A DNA stretch of 64,000 nucleotides from Balanoglossus misakiensis (lineage: Eukaryota > Animalia > Hemichordata), in assembly GCA_040954595.2 (NCBI GenBank), contig CM082598.2, positions 3,836,507 through 3,900,506 of the forward strand, given 5' to 3'. Below the pieces are notes generated by a model that was given only the letters and a program-made list of their open reading frames with translations, searched no databases and was not told where the DNA came from. The translations under genes were made by a program, and so were the position numbers. This document shows, piece by piece, positions 1-14,200 of the stretch; position 1 is the first letter of the stretch; each line of letters begins with the position of its first letter.

Positions 1-50
1 TGTAAGTTCAGTATCACAACATCTGGGAAGAAAACTTAATCAGAGTGTTC

Positions 51-1701
51 CCTTTTCGTACTTGGTGTTGACTGGACCGGCCTTGGGATATATCAGATAT
101 CAATTTCCATGTGAGTAAGTCAACAAGAGATTGTTCAACGGTACTCTATACGGCGGGATAGCGTAACACGAGATTTGAATGAAATTTCCCTCGTGCTCCA
201 AATAGCCAACATATCTTTACTCGTTACAATGAAATAGTTTTCCCATCGAGATGTCATACCCGCTATCAGCATGGGAGGTTGAAATTGATAGCAAGGCGAA
301 CATTTTTTTACGTGACTCTCAGTGTACTAGTTGTCAGTGACATCGTGCTATTCAATATACCTTTATTCTATCATAAAGTTACGTCGCTTTAAACTAAATC
401 CAACCCATTTATCTATCCTGCTGGATTTCGCACAATTGAAAATATCTTATCAGGGACAATATATCATTTATGAAAATGTTGATGGGACGTTTTCATTGTG
501 AGAATGGTTAAGCAAGAGTGCTTTTATGATGGATGGTTGGGTGGGCATGTATACATGTATACGGCATGTTTGTTTTTAAATATTGGGGGAAAATGCTGGT
601 GGGTAGTGATCTATGGTTGAACCCAAAAATGTAATAGTTGAGTTGATACAACCACTCATTGATCACATTTTATTGAACATGTTTCAGTGAACAGAAAAAT
701 GTAAAAGAGGCTCTAAAATGAAGCCACAATAACCAAATGATGTTAAAAGTGTGCGATTTTATCTTTAAAGGACAAAATCGTTCCCCATAACCATTTATAT
801 CTCTCGCTTAATGCATACCAGGGGGCCAATGTCCCTTGCAAGCGCCCTCTAACGTTAGAAACGCCTTGGCCTGTGCGTGGTGCAGAGGAACCACGCCACC
901 AGGCGTCTTATACATGTTATACTGACTTGCTGGTCTGGTCCCCTGCCCCATCCTCGCCGCTGGCTGCGCTGCCCTTTCGTGGGTGTGGCGCTTCAAGAAC
1001 AACTCTGCCATTTTTAGTTCCGTTCACTTCTTTCAGTTGATCGTTTTCACGGTTACAAAGCAATGTGAACAGAATCTAAGCAAATGAAGGGACAACATAT
1101 TGCAAACAAAAAAAATATTCCCTCAACAATATGGAAAGCATAGCAACTTCCTGTAAATGATTCGCTTTTCACAGTGCCATGGTTTAATTGTCTGGGATTT
1201 TACGCAGTTTGGTCTGTTGAAAAAAAATCATGAACCGAAAAATAATGAACGGAAGACTGCCAAATGTCGCAGCTGTTTGCTGGTGAATGAATGAAAAGGT
1301 TGGTTTGGGATAATAACCGGGCATCGCGAAGTAATCAAATTTATGAAAGTACCACCATCCACGAAACTAGTCTTCTAGTGTTTTAAAAGCAGATATTTTG
1401 ATAGAATAAAGTTATATTTATTGAAGGTGATCCTATGATTGGTAAAATAGACAAGCACATATGTTCACCTACAGCTATCAGTTTCGATCTCCCAGCGCCC
1501 ATGCTGATATACCGTGCATCGAATCTAGATGGGAAAATTATTCCATTGTAGCGAGTAAAGATATATGTTGGCTATTTGGAGTATGGGGGAAATTTCATTC
1601 AAATATCGCGTTACTTTTTCTCGCGGCCGTAGTGGAAATCGATATCAATGTATTCCAATATCACAAGGTCGAATAACCACCTAGTACCTGGTACGATAAG
1701 G
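51..1701. mobile_element. Old non-autonomous element or pair of repeats with ~320-bp diverged inverted arms
   Basis: 51-375 is the reverse complement of ~1395-1701 (e.g. ctccaaatagccaacatatctttactcg / cgagtaaagatatatgttggctatttggag). Confidence 0.65.
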
Positions 1702-3867
1702 TCACATTCTGAAATTGAGTTTCTCTTCAGATCGCGTGACCTCACGAGTCAATATAATATAACAATTTAGTGGTTTTCCGCGAAGCGTCTGTTTTCTCCC
1801 CACTGACTGTATTCTTTCCTGCAGGTGTTGTGTCCTAGTGACGAAACGTCAACTTCACTTTTGTCATTATTTTGGTTCGTTCATACTGACTCACGTACTC
1901 GTTGTATATATACACATACACATGCATATATATATTGTCATGCCATCTGAATACTGCCTACGAAATGGTTTTTGGCATTGACCAAAAACCAATGGTTGAA
2001 ATAAACGTGTATTTTGTCCGCTATATACAGGGTGTGAGTTCAATTGAGACAATTGGTCATTCAGTATATTTAAGAGGACTGTACGACATCAGCTTTTCCA
2101 CTGTCTATGCTTTAATTTCCTTAAAAAGATAAACTTTGACAATAATGAAAACTGGGACGAGAGAGGGTAGGGGTTCCACCGTAGAAGACGTCCTTGTTGG
2201 CCGAGAGCGCCGCATTTTGCTGTCATTGAGCCCACATCGTAGGATCGGATGTTGAAGTCCGAGCTTGTGTGTGTTCGTACGTGACCGGAAAGAGGTCGAA
2301 TTACGGTTCAGAATCGAGTGCGATTTGTACGAGAGTAGTAAAAAAAGTTTAGTAGGGTGAAAATATACGGAGAGAAAAAACAGTAAAGTTATAGGGTTTA
2401 TTTTAATACCTATAATAACCGATTCAGTCTTGCATGGGCAAGGACTTAAAGACACCCGATGCGTTCACTCATCGCCATGGCAACCATCCGTTTATTTGGC
2501 GCACCGGTTTCCCTGTCTTGAAGTTGCTCACTCCACCAAAGTTACATGTTACCCCGGCTTGGCTGCTGTCTACTGCGCCTATACGTGGATGTGATCTTCT
2601 CCCTCCTCTACTGTCTATGATGTGATATGCCGAAGAGATGAGAGTGGCCAGAGCGTTCGTTTGGCCGGGAATGACCATGACCTGACCTGAACTTTTCTGG
2701 TCACCCGGCGGTCATCTGAGATCGAGTTGCACTCTTAAAGTGTATGGGTTCACGCAGTAAAAGTAATAAAAAGTCTGTTGAACAAACTATACGAGTGATG
2801 TGTTTTACTGATGTACTAGTATAACTCTGCTCTATATGATAGAACAAGTGAAATTTTCTCTTACTGACAATAAAATTGTTTTGTTTTTTTTTTGTCACGT
2901 TTCTTCATTTGTTTTGTGTTTTGCTGTGTCCGGCTGTGCTGTGGTATGTTGTGTTGTGAGTTGATTGATTGGAGTCGCCCAGTTGAGATGTGTTGGGATT
3001 CAGATATAACCTTTGTCGAAGAAAATACCAATTGCCTTCATATTGGTACCATATTGTTATATTTTTTATCATATACCGTTGTTTTCGTGTCAACGTAATT
3101 ACACCATCGGCAATTCATTTTAGAAAGAAAAAAAAAACACAATATGTTGAGGTCGTGCAAATTTTTGTGGCTCCATAATATTTTTTTTCGTGCGGGTCGG
3201 AAGGCATAATTCAATTTTTGATTCTGATGCATGATTGAAATCATTTAGAGAAATGGAAATATTACCATATGCTTAATCAACTTTCGGTTCAGCTGAGAAC
3301 AATTGCACATCTGCAGGGGTGATGCAGTATAGTGGATAGTTCGTGATCTTCCATCTGGTGTTCCTTTGAGTTTTACTGTAGTCGCCACAGTTGGCTGATC
3401 TTTGCTTGCGTGAGTATGCAAGGTTCATGGAAATACACCGAGATTTCTGTGTAACAACCAGTGCCCATGTCACGATGCGCAGTGCAGGTTCACATTGACG
3501 TCTCGTGACGTCTGGCTTGTGTTAGTGTATCCCCAGGTGCTGAGGTGAAGCGACAAAATATTGAACAGGGCAAAATTTGTCACCTTTGACATATCTTTCG
3601 TTGGTAGATTTTTCATTGTTCTCGTACTGAAATATTCTGGATTACCGGTTACTTCTCAACCATGCCCAATATCGTGGAAAAATCCACGATACATACTGAA
3701 CGTCACGGTGCAAACTTCTACGTGCAAGGGTACAGGTCAAATAGTCCAAAGTTCACCTTGCGCCCAGACAACTTCTCACACAAAACAGAAATGTCGAACA
3801 TGATGTCACAACGGTCAACGACTTAACCCATTTAAATAAAGATATTTTCTGATAACTGATGTTCGTT

Positions 3868-3958
3868 TTAACCCTTTCACGCTCGTTTCCCTCTATAGAG
3901 GTCCAACTTCACCATAGAAAACAATGTGCTTGGACAAAACCATGGTGGTGAAATGGGT
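3868..3958 (+). mobile_element. ~86-bp piggyBac-type MITE copy
   Basis: TTAA-CCCTTTCAC...CCATGGTGGTGAAATGGG. Same family as 38972-39057. Confidence 0.7.
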
Positions 3959-4963
3959 AAAGAAAGGGTGTATAGTTCATGATGTGTAGTTTGAACGGTC
4001 CTGTGTACACCTGTACCAAATAAGAGGGGGGTGTCCCCCCCCCCCCCCAATTGATCATGCACTTGGTTACATAGTAAATGCTTTCCCCGTATGGCACAGT
4101 TTGTTCTAGATTCTATACGTGTTTTTCTAAGACCACTTGTCGAGACTAATCGTACCATGGTGTATAGGGTGTGGTAACCTAGTCTGTATACTGCGTGTGT
4201 TTTTTCGCATGGGGTGTGGTCAATTGTCATTGCAGAGAACTTGGGTTATTGTCAAGATGATGTTTGACTTTCGAATCAATCTCAGAATACGCAAATTACG
4301 CGCAATTGGTTCGCTCCTGGGTGGAAATCTGCATGAGAATGTATAGTTGTCGCCCATGTTATGTAATTCATGGGATATCTTCAGTCTGCGGTCAGGACTA
4401 TTTGCCCTTCTTGGGGTCGGTGACCGTTCTCCCAATCGGAATACGCACAGAAGTACGTAGCCATGGTAATGCTTTCTAAACACGTCAAAACATTTAGTCA
4501 TGGAAAAGTCTCCCAATCTCGCATGTTTCACGGACCGTCACAAACTCCTAAATCACAAAACGTTGAAGTTTGAGACTCCAATTATCAGAACTGGTCATGT
4601 TCACACTAAGTTCAGAAATGCATACCAGGTGCCTCACACTGGTATACGACTGCTCGTATAAAAGAAAACAATAACAGACTACACTTATGTGTTACATGTA
4701 ATGTTGAAAACGATCTCTTCGCTCAAATCAGCATTGGCATGACAAAAGTGTCTTTTTCTCGAAAAGTCCCAGGGTATCTTAAATGCGGACCTTCTTTATC
4801 AGCTTATCAAAAGCCAAATGGATTAACTCGATAATGATTTCAATGGAAAGCAGTGGCTTTCCACCGCATAGACGTTCGATGTCAACAAGAACTAGTGCGA
4901 GAATCGGGGATTGGAAATCGCCCCTTTATTAAAAATCTGCGGTGTATACGACAGCCTGAGAGA

Positions 4964-5050
4964 TAGACTCTCTCACAGCCCATGGTTCGCTACAACAAGC
5001 TCTTCACTGAAAGCCTGCATGGACGGCGAGAGGGGCTGTGAGAGAGTCTA
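4964..5050. repeat. Short foldback element, perfect 18-bp inverted repeat
   Basis: tagactctctcacagccc (4964-4981) / gggctgtgagagagtcta (5033-5050). Confidence 0.65.
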
Positions 5051-5610
5051 CCTGAGAGATTGCTGTGTAGCTAAGTGTTGGTCACGAGTTTAGGTCATAG
5101 TACTGGCGGTCATGTCCGGAGTCAGCGAATGATGACACGACGCTGACCATTGACTTGTTATACACTGAGAAACACGTATACCCATATATTGGAGATACAG
5201 AAATCTAGGGAATACAGGCAGGAAGTCTCGGACATTGATCCTTCCACCTCGTGGCACGCATTTCTGTGTTTTCAACTACACTTGTATTTGTAATCAAAAC
5301 CATCTCACCATATGGAGGTGTTAGAGTTCCTGGGGACCTACATGGCGTGACCGTGAACGTGCGAAACCCACGGCCCAGAGATGTCCCTGATTGTTACTGG
5401 TTACACTAAGTTTCCTCGTAAAACACTTTGCGTAGTCCAAGTTTCCCATCTATTAAATTGTATGACAAGATACTTCGAACCAAAAACCAAAATAACAACT
5501 TGAATGTTTTTTACTAGTAAGGCATACGTTTTCCTGAATTTAACCTCTAGAAGAATTGGGGAAGATATATAGTTTTGTTTTCATCATGAACTCGTCGAGA
5601 TAGTAAATAT

Positions 5611-5692
5611 TGACCCTTTCACCCCTGTTACCTCTATAGTGGTCCAACCTTACCATAGAAAGCACTGGGTTTGAACCATGGTGACGAAAGGA
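5611..5692 (+). mobile_element. ~86-bp piggyBac-type MITE copy (diverged)
   Basis: ccctttcacccctgttacctctatagtggtccaaccttaccatagaaa. Confidence 0.65.
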
Positions 5693-6554
5693 ATATTTTC
5701 CCTCGGTAGTATATGATATTTATAAACTGACCCCCACTTAGCTTCCGTGGATGACAACTTGTTTTGACTAACAAAAGCCGTTGAGCATGAACGGGTGATA
5801 AACTTGTCCTGGGTCTTCTTGACATAGATCTTTTTAGGCTTTGTGCGTTCCTGGCCATATTCTGCCGGGGTCTCATTGGCCCATATAACGCATGGCGTTG
5901 GTTTTGACTGTAAACGGCGAGGTTGACCGCATGGGAAAAGTTTCATGGCTATACGCACGGTGTATCATACATTTACTAACGCATCCTCGTGTTGAGTTTG
6001 CAAACTTTATTAATTCCATATCGGATAAATAAGTTTACTAGAAAAGTCACTTTGCAACATATTGCTCGTAACTCGGTTGGCATAGGAATAACATTTCAGA
6101 AAAAAAAGTAACTTTATAAAATGGCTGTTTTCGGTCGAAACTCGGCGGACGTTGCTAAAATGCGCGTGTGGTTGCTCACCGAGACGCGGTCGTAGCCAAA
6201 CAACCGCGGACAGTTGTCCTTAGTGGCACCCGTAATTATTTTGTTTATATATATATTTCTGATAAAACCGCACGTGCCTGCCGTCCGCTCCCTTTCCCAC
6301 GCCTGCGTCCCGAGGAATAGTGCGGTGCTAACATAAACAAGGGTTTGGTGGGCAGATATAAAGTTGATATTGTGATGGATAAGGTAGTGGCGTGTAGAAT
6401 GCAATGGTCGTTCACGTTTTGCCAAATGGCAGACTGCCAGATAACTTCTTTCGGTGTTCTTACCACTGTTGAATTTGATCATTGCCAACAACAAGCCTGG
6501 AAGAAGAAATTCGGTTACCAGCTAGCACAGTCTCTTGGGAACTGCATTGTATAC

Positions 6555-6684
6555 ACTGCGATATCACGCCTATATCATGTATATAGGATCAGGGAGGGGG
6601 TAGTCGTGAAACGAAATCCACTTTCGACACAAGCATTGCCAAAGTTCTCACTCACACATAGTCATAGACGTGATATCGCGCAGT
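6555..6684. repeat. ~130-bp MITE-like inverted repeat
   Basis: actgcgatatcacgcctat ... atagacgtgatatcgcgcagt. Confidence 0.5.
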
Positions 6685-6998
6685 TTAACTATTCCATTTC
6701 CCTAACGAGCGTGGTTACCAGTTAAGAAACTTGGAATGAGTAGTTGTCTATTCTGTATCAACCTTGGTATAGGATATTAAAGTGTGTTTGTTTTGGTAAT
6801 AAACTGTTTGATCATACTACGCGGGTCATCACCTGTTTCATTATATTGAGCCCGGCGATGAGTCAGTTACCACACGCGCCGGTCGAGTACATTTCTATGA
6901 GCGACGAAAGGCAGTGCGTGAAATTCACATATTGGGCATTTTTTTGAAGTCAACTTTTTGTGATTTTGTCTGTTTTTACACGGACGGCTGGGATCTAA

Positions 6999-7061
6999 TA
7001 GCCTGGTCACCATACCCAGCGTGTTTCTATCTAAAACACACTAGGTATGGTGACCAGGCTA
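6999..7061. mobile_element. 63-bp hAT-type palindromic mini-element
   Basis: TAGCCTGGTCACCATACC...GGTATGGTGACCAGGCTA flanked by 8-bp TSD GGATCTAA (6991-6998, 7062-7069). Confidence 0.8.
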
Positions 7062-7539
7062 GGATCTAAGGGTATCATCTTAGCAATATGCGTGAGTCAG
7101 AACTCCTAGCTAATTAACCATAAGGTCTCTCGGATCAAAGTGTTCATTGAAATATCCAACCGTCTTGTCCGTTTGCCCCACGATGCTAAAGCACCGTTCA
7201 AGAGTCTTCGGGGGTATTGTACAATGTAAACGCCCAGTGTAAATTCAGGTAGCACTTACAGTTGATGTTTGTGGTAACGGCTATTACCACGCCCATGTTC
7301 AGGTCTGCAGTCTGTTTTTTTTTACAACTACTCGAAGAATCTGTGACTACTGGTAAACCACAACAAAGCATCTAGGTATTCTTGAATTAGTTGCAACAAT
7401 GAGTCGCACGTGTTGCCTTTTTATAAGTTGTTAGAATCACGTTTATTTGTTATTTTTTATATTACAATACACCTATACAGTGTACGGCGAGTCGTTCACA
7501 TGGTTTCATTCATCAATTATACGGGCCATGAAAGTTAAT

Positions 7540-7960
7540 GTGATTGGTTGATGGTTAATGAATAATTAATTAGGTTACTATTGTCCGGCCGGTTTCGCTG
7601 CCGCTGATTTCGTCGCCGTCGCTTATTCGGCGTTGGTAAAATATTGGAAGGAGAAGAAGTTAACGAGAAACAGTGCCACGGAATAAGAAAAACCCTTGTC
7701 TCAAATGTTTAAAGCTTGTGATAGCGATTCATTCGAATGTGACCCATTAATGGACCTGGTTCTGATTGGTCCATTCGCTAATAGTAAGAGAGACGTGGCT
7801 TCTGCTGGCGAGAGGCGGCCATTGTAATTATTGTATACATCCGCGGGGGAATACCATATGCGCGTTGAATTTATAAAATAATTGCAAATGACACGCGGAA
7901 AAAACACCGTTTTAATATTTTATTTGATAATTAGAAAATTCTGGGACGTCAGGGGTACTT
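7540..7960 (+). promoter_or_regulatory. Probable main CREB3L promoter
   Basis: CpG-rich block with ATTGG (CCAAT) boxes near 7543 and 7765, GACGTGG near 7792 and TATAAAA at 7872, ~300 bp upstream of the ATG. Confidence 0.55.
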
Positions 7961-8186
7961 CTGGCGTGATCCGTGAATAATTGTATTAATAAAGTAATTC
8001 TTAGACGCGGCGTGTGTATATCCGGGGAGTAAATCGGTCTGCCCGGTGTATGACGAAATTATTCGGATCAGATTTTCCACGAGAGAACAGGCAAAATAGC
8101 AGACAGACCGGGAAAGAAGATAAGAAAGGACTGATATTCCGGATTTCGACCCCAGTTTACCCGACCACGACCTACGGACAAGTGTC

Positions 8187-8279
8187 ATGGATGGTCTTGA
8201 GCTGGACCAGCGGCTGAGTGACCAGGGACCGGGGGATTTTGGCGACCTTCTGGACGGCGATATGTTTCGTAGTCACACT
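8187..8279 (+). CDS. CREB3L2: CREB3L exon 1 ([31 protein letters not shown])
   Basis: gtcATGG start, 31 codons, phase-0 donor GTGAGT. Resembles the N-terminus of vertebrate CREB3L2 (DRKLSE...MYHT). Confidence 0.85.
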
Positions 8280-11200
8280 GTGAGTTTTTAAATTTTATCG
8301 TCTGCTGTTTTGCGACTCATTGTTTTGACCGTGCAAAAATTTTCCAGAATATCGACATGCACTCATTTGTCATTCTAGTTTTATATTTAATTCACACTGC
8401 TGCCTTTCTCGCTGATAAAAAAAAGCCCTCGTGTATTTACCGATGCGTTTCATGCAATATTTTCTGTATGTTTACATTTGCGATTATACCATATGGTTGA
8501 GGAAACGTATGGTAGTTTACAAATTGATGGTATTCCCCATTAGTTCCGGAGTTCCGTGTGTATGTCACGCTATTACTCATAAAAATGGTCATTCCGTAGA
8601 CTCAAAAACAGCAGCACGACTTTTTCCGTGATCGGATCCAAGAAAAATGGGCGTTAACTACTATGGATCCTGATAATACTACACTCGGCCAACCGCTGTA
8701 CTCTAGTGAACCCCCGCATTTAAAATATTGTTTTCCTCCATTTATTGTTGGTTTTTGTGCATGTCATCAGCGATCGTAGTTTGTTATTAACTTTCTGTCA
8801 ATTCCGAACACTTTTCGAGTCTGGGAAGGAACGGTGAGCCAATCGGTACCCTTCCAGACAGCATTGTTTTGATCGGAAACCTCCTCAAGTGTGGGTGTAC
8901 ATGTACATTTCTTCTTCCGGATTTCCGTGAACAGAGCATTTTTTTTCACCGCATGTCTGTGTCGCGTCGCGAAACCGATCACACCAAGTGAGGTCAACCT
9001 TACATACACTGGTTAGTCTAAAGTAAATCAGGGGTTTTCTCTTGGCTTGGGGATTTCGAATTTACAAGTTATGCAACTAAGTTTTAAAAGGGTGGAGGAA
9101 TGCGAACCGGCGACTCTTACTCAGTAGCCGGACAATAGCACCTTGCAGGCGTGGCCTATAGAATGAATGGAACCTATTGAAATGTACATGTATATGTGGT
9201 TATTGACTATGTGAATGACCGGCTACACTTAAGGAACTTCTTAGAGCGATCCATCAACCTGGTTCATATTTCGAAATAGCATACACCATGCAAAAAGCCC
9301 CTAATGGTTTACCACAAACTATAGTACCATATTGAACCTTGGCCTTATCTTAAAACCCATTGTGCAATAACACTGTGATAAACTTGTTTATCTTACCAAA
9401 AGCATGCAAATTAGGTTAGAATTCTGAAATGAATGTTGTTTTTTAGCCCTCATAAGAAATAATACTGTAGTTGTGAGGTTCAGCCAAAGATTATCAGGGA
9501 CTATTGTTCATAGATCTTGGAGTGGACCCAAGGTACACTTGTGAATGAATGGGGTGAACTCAACTGCTTGGCAAGATTTGTGATATTGTTCAAAGTCTAT
9601 TGGCTTTGAATATGCATACAATGGGAGGCACAGCAAGCATCATTGATTAGCATAGAATCAGAAGATATATACATACAATTCTCCCATGGACAATTGAAGA
9701 TCGTTGCTTGAACCCAAGATGACTTAGTAAACAACCAAAGCAATTGTCGGTTCAATTGGGAAGCCATTTTTTCAGCCTTGGGAGGATTGCATAATGGAAA
9801 AAATGTAAATAAAGACTGATTTTGTGGTGAGAATCTCAGTTTGGCTAATTCTGTTATCATTCATAAACAATGCGAAAAGGTCAAACTCTGTTGAGTCTAG
9901 GGACTATTTTAGTAAGGGATTATACTATGAAAACTGGCCTTAGGTCATGTTGAGCCAGGGAGCTCACAGTACAATTTGGAAATGTGATGGGTCACTCAGA
10001 GACGTGCATGGACATGGTCCTACCATGGTGGTACTACCTCCATGGTCCTACTTGAAGTATATGGTGAGAGTGTCTGGCTATGGCTGCACCACCCCAACTC
10101 TGCCAATGGCAAAACTAATTGGTCTGCAGTTCCAATCGGGACTGCACCAAAATCACTTGGGAGGTGATACAGCTATAGGTGCCACAATTTCATGAGCTAG
10201 ACTCACTCACTATACTTGCAGGGGTAGCAATGACAGAGAAAGTTGAATGGAAGTAAATGTATAAAAATCCAATAGTACTATAATTGGCTTTACAACCTCA
10301 ATGTGTAAATGTGTTTTTGATAAGGTTGTGGTAAAATGCAGTTCATGTCATCCCTCTAACTGAACACAAAAACATATGGTTTGAAGTAAGATTTTCCCAG
10401 AGTCTATCACCATTCAGTCACCCCCGGCCAAATACCAGCCGGAGTTGGAATTTGACCTCAGATAGGACAGGCTCTCAGAATAACACTCCACTGTTCAAAT
10501 ACCTAAGTTCCCAAGATTTCTATCCAATTGCAGGGCATCTTAAAGATTCTTTAACTTTAACTCTGAACTTCAAGACTTTTTTTTACAGACGACCCTGTTT
10601 GCACAAAGGATATGCAGTGATTTTGTTCAAGTGTACCTCCTAAAATCTTTCACAAACATTTTAACCTTGAGATTGGCTATATTTATGGCCTAACAATGCA
10701 GGGTGGTCCAGTAAGCGCTAGTTTTCTAGTCAAGCATGACTCTGTATACGACAACAGAGTCTTTGCAGTAAAGTGTTTACGGTTTGTCATTTCGGCTGGG
10801 ATGCGATTGAGATGTCACCACATCAGCAATGATGTAAACATTAAAATTTTCCCATGTCAGTAAAAAAAGCCTACAGATTAGTCATCGTTGTGTGAGAACC
10901 AGGTCGGTGGTTGGGATCTTGGGGTTGATTTTCCATCAGACTCCAAACATCTTTCCTATAAATCCAAACTAGCCTCCCACTCACAACTGGTCTGGGGACA
11001 CCCCGTGCCATGTTGTGATGGCGCGTCCAAAGTTAATGTGTTCGTTACCCAGTTCACCAACCTTGAACCATAGACAGAACAGACTCTCAACTTGACTGGT
11101 GAGGAGTCCTATTACACCCTGCTGTTTATTTTGATGTTTCTCTTTTCCCAGTGCCTGCCAACTCCTTGGCTAGTTGACTGTCTGTATATATATACATGTT

Positions 11201-14200
11201 TATTGCATTTCCACGTGGCTATAGTCACAAATCAGCAGTTTCGCACAGCTTCGAGCCGTGACCACCCAGGACAGCAAGGCATATTTCAGTCCCGTTTGTT
11301 TGACAGTCCCCCTCCTCTGAAAGACACTTTGAAACCCTACAAGTTCAAATGCATCCTTGTAGAAGATGATAAATGTAAATAGTGACGTTCGTGGTCCTTC
11401 AAAAGAGCGAGTTCAACAATCCACAGAGTTCATCAATCCCCAGTTTAGACCATTGTATGAAGTGTTTGAAAGACATTGATGGTGAGGCCGTTTCCCGTCT
11501 TCTCACCTTTAGTGGCAGGAAGCTTCCTCTGTTATCAATGGCAGCAGACAGAGTTTTGTTCAGTGATGTGTAGTGTAGACCTTTAGTTACTTTTTATGTT
11601 GTTCTGCTCTCTGAAATATGCAGAATGACTAGTAGATACAAATCAATTTATGTCCAGTATATGATTATCATGTGAATATTACTATCATTCAATTTTTGGT
11701 CAATACCAATAGTTGGGTTGTGGTGGTATTCACATAATATACTGTAATATCTCACATACTCACATACAGGGGATGTGTTCCTAGAGTTGTAACAACTGTT
11801 GATTGAGCATATTTTAGTTAGCATAATAACATAAACGAGCTTAACAAAACAAACCAAAATAACCCAAATAATGTCAAAAGTGAGTGACTTTGACCCTCTC
11901 ACCATCATGGTTTAGTCCAAATTCACTGTTTTCTATGGTAAACTTGGATCTCTATCATAGGAAATGGGGGTGATAGGGTTGTTAAAAGGGGCATGGGAAA
12001 ACTCCAGCTTGGTTGACAGGGCGTTTTGCGATAGGTTAGTGTGTCATTCTCTGTGTGTCATTTTAGCGGTAACTAAAGAGGCAAAATAATACAAGACGTA
12101 TCCTGTTTACTGTACGGGCATGTCGGGTGCTGGATATCGCAGATTTCGGCTTCCAAAAGTTCAGAGATCAGAAGGTCACGCGTTGACCCCATTTATCAAA
12201 GGAGCCCAGCATTCCATTGTGAAACTTCAAGGATTAAGAAGTTGGATGAAAGTGTCTCAGCATTGCAGGGACTTCAGTCTAGACAGATGTTTCTGATATC
12301 CTTGAGGTGGAAGGACAGTGCTTCTTTTTACATTCACTCCGTCTGCCTGGAAGGCCTGGAAGTTTTCGGGGGAAGACCTTAATGCTTTCAAGCCTGGCTT
12401 TCTGGGAACGTATCCGAATTTCTCCTATATATAGGATATCGGGCCAGAAAGGGTTAATCCTTTTGTAAAAAAAAACATGACGTTTAATTGCTACCAGCTT
12501 GACGAGTACGTGCAATTTTGTGGACAATTGTTAGAAATAACAGAAACAAGAATCCCCCCCCCCCCTAAAGTTACGTCATCAGTAATATTTTACCATGGTT
12601 TGTATGATGTATAGACTTTGCCTGTTTTAGTGATCTAAGTTCCTGATTTCTCAAGGTGGTGGGAATACCACTGGGAATACTACTGGAACCTGGCCTTCAG
12701 TTCCTCTTTAGCTAAGAGATACATCAAGACCACAAACAGTAGAGTATCTATGAGTTTACCAGTGATAATGACTTTGTAAGAGCAGACTTGCTGTTCATAA
12801 AGGACTTTTAATCTTATCATGTCACCTGACACCAAATTTATAATTAGTTTTAAAGTAAAACAAAAGGTTACACCTGTTAAATCTTCTTATAACATTAAAC
12901 AAACTCAGTATTAACCTTTTTTATTTAATTTTTGTTTGCAATTACATTATCTTATCAGGGTTGACTGAATTCAAATATTGAAATTGTTTGTGCTGGATAA
13001 AACAAACAAGTTTTCTTGTTATCTCTTTATAGTTCAAAAGGTATTGATGTATCTATACCCCTCTAGAGGGCAGTGTTGCATTGGATATTAAATTCTCCTA
13101 CTGGTAATACATGTATAGTACAGTCAAACCTGTCTATAGTGGGACTTTCCCAACCTGGCCTTTCTCATAGACAGGTGGTTGTTATATAGAGGTTAATTAA
13201 CGCACATGTGAATTGCACAGGGACTGTAAAAAGTGGCCTCTATATAGAGGTGACCACTAACAGAGGTTTGACTGTATGCTAGCTGTACAGTTTCTTATTA
13301 TGGATAATAGAATATTTCCACAAATGTAGCAACGCTTTTATATATTTTCCGTAATACCCTGTGTCTGTAACAAAACAGTGTTGAAGTAGCTGCTCAGAGT
13401 CAAATTTGACTTTTTGTTAAGGGTACAGTTTACACCACTTGTACAGTGAGAAATGTGCAGGTACAACATAGAGGTTCTTTAAATAGACAAAAGTATTCTG
13501 TTGTAAGCTTGTCATATATCAGTCGGCAACATAACATATTGTGTATGATTTACCACCACTGTATGTAAATTTGTATTTTATTTTGCATGGTAGACTAACC
13601 CCTTTCATCGGGTGTTTCCTGTCCTCAACATTACTAGGTGTTCAGATGCCCACCACTATAGCTGTAAACTGATCTAGCATATCAAGATTCAGTCTATCAG
13701 TCTCCCAGACAGCTTAATTGATGGGCGGTACATTCGCTCTGCTCCGTGCAATGATGTCCTTGAGGATAGAAATACAATATAATTTTACTGATGGTTACTG
13801 TTTTTGCGATCTGTCTGTCGAGTCATTCTCCAGTGTAAACAGTAGTTGCTGGCTTTGTCAGTCGTTTAGGAGAGTAGAAGATGAGACAATGTATGTGGAT
13901 ATGGGATTCTAAATTCTAATGTTCTGTGGGAAAATGTGTAAACTCAGAGTTCCATGCCTGTTACCAGCTTGTAATGTGCTATGTAAATTATATGTATGAT
14001 ATTCACAGCTAATTAACAGTATTCTCATTGACTGTGAATTAACATCAAATTATTATATTGTAACTTAGGATGATTCACACACTGTAGGGTATCTCTGATT
14101 AAAAGATTGTCAAATTATGGGGAGACAGAACTACAGTTTTCTATTGGCAGTCTTCCCTAGCTCTGTGAGTGGATCATATCGAATAGCACAGAAGTCTGGA

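Noticed and set aside
808-1011. 67-aa ORF as a host gene
   Set aside because: No recognisable motif or splice partners, and it lies inside an inverted-repeat structure.
2617-2690. C/D-box snoRNA candidate (ATGATGT...CTGA)
   Set aside because: Imperfect C box, no terminal stem and no recognisable rRNA or snRNA guide.
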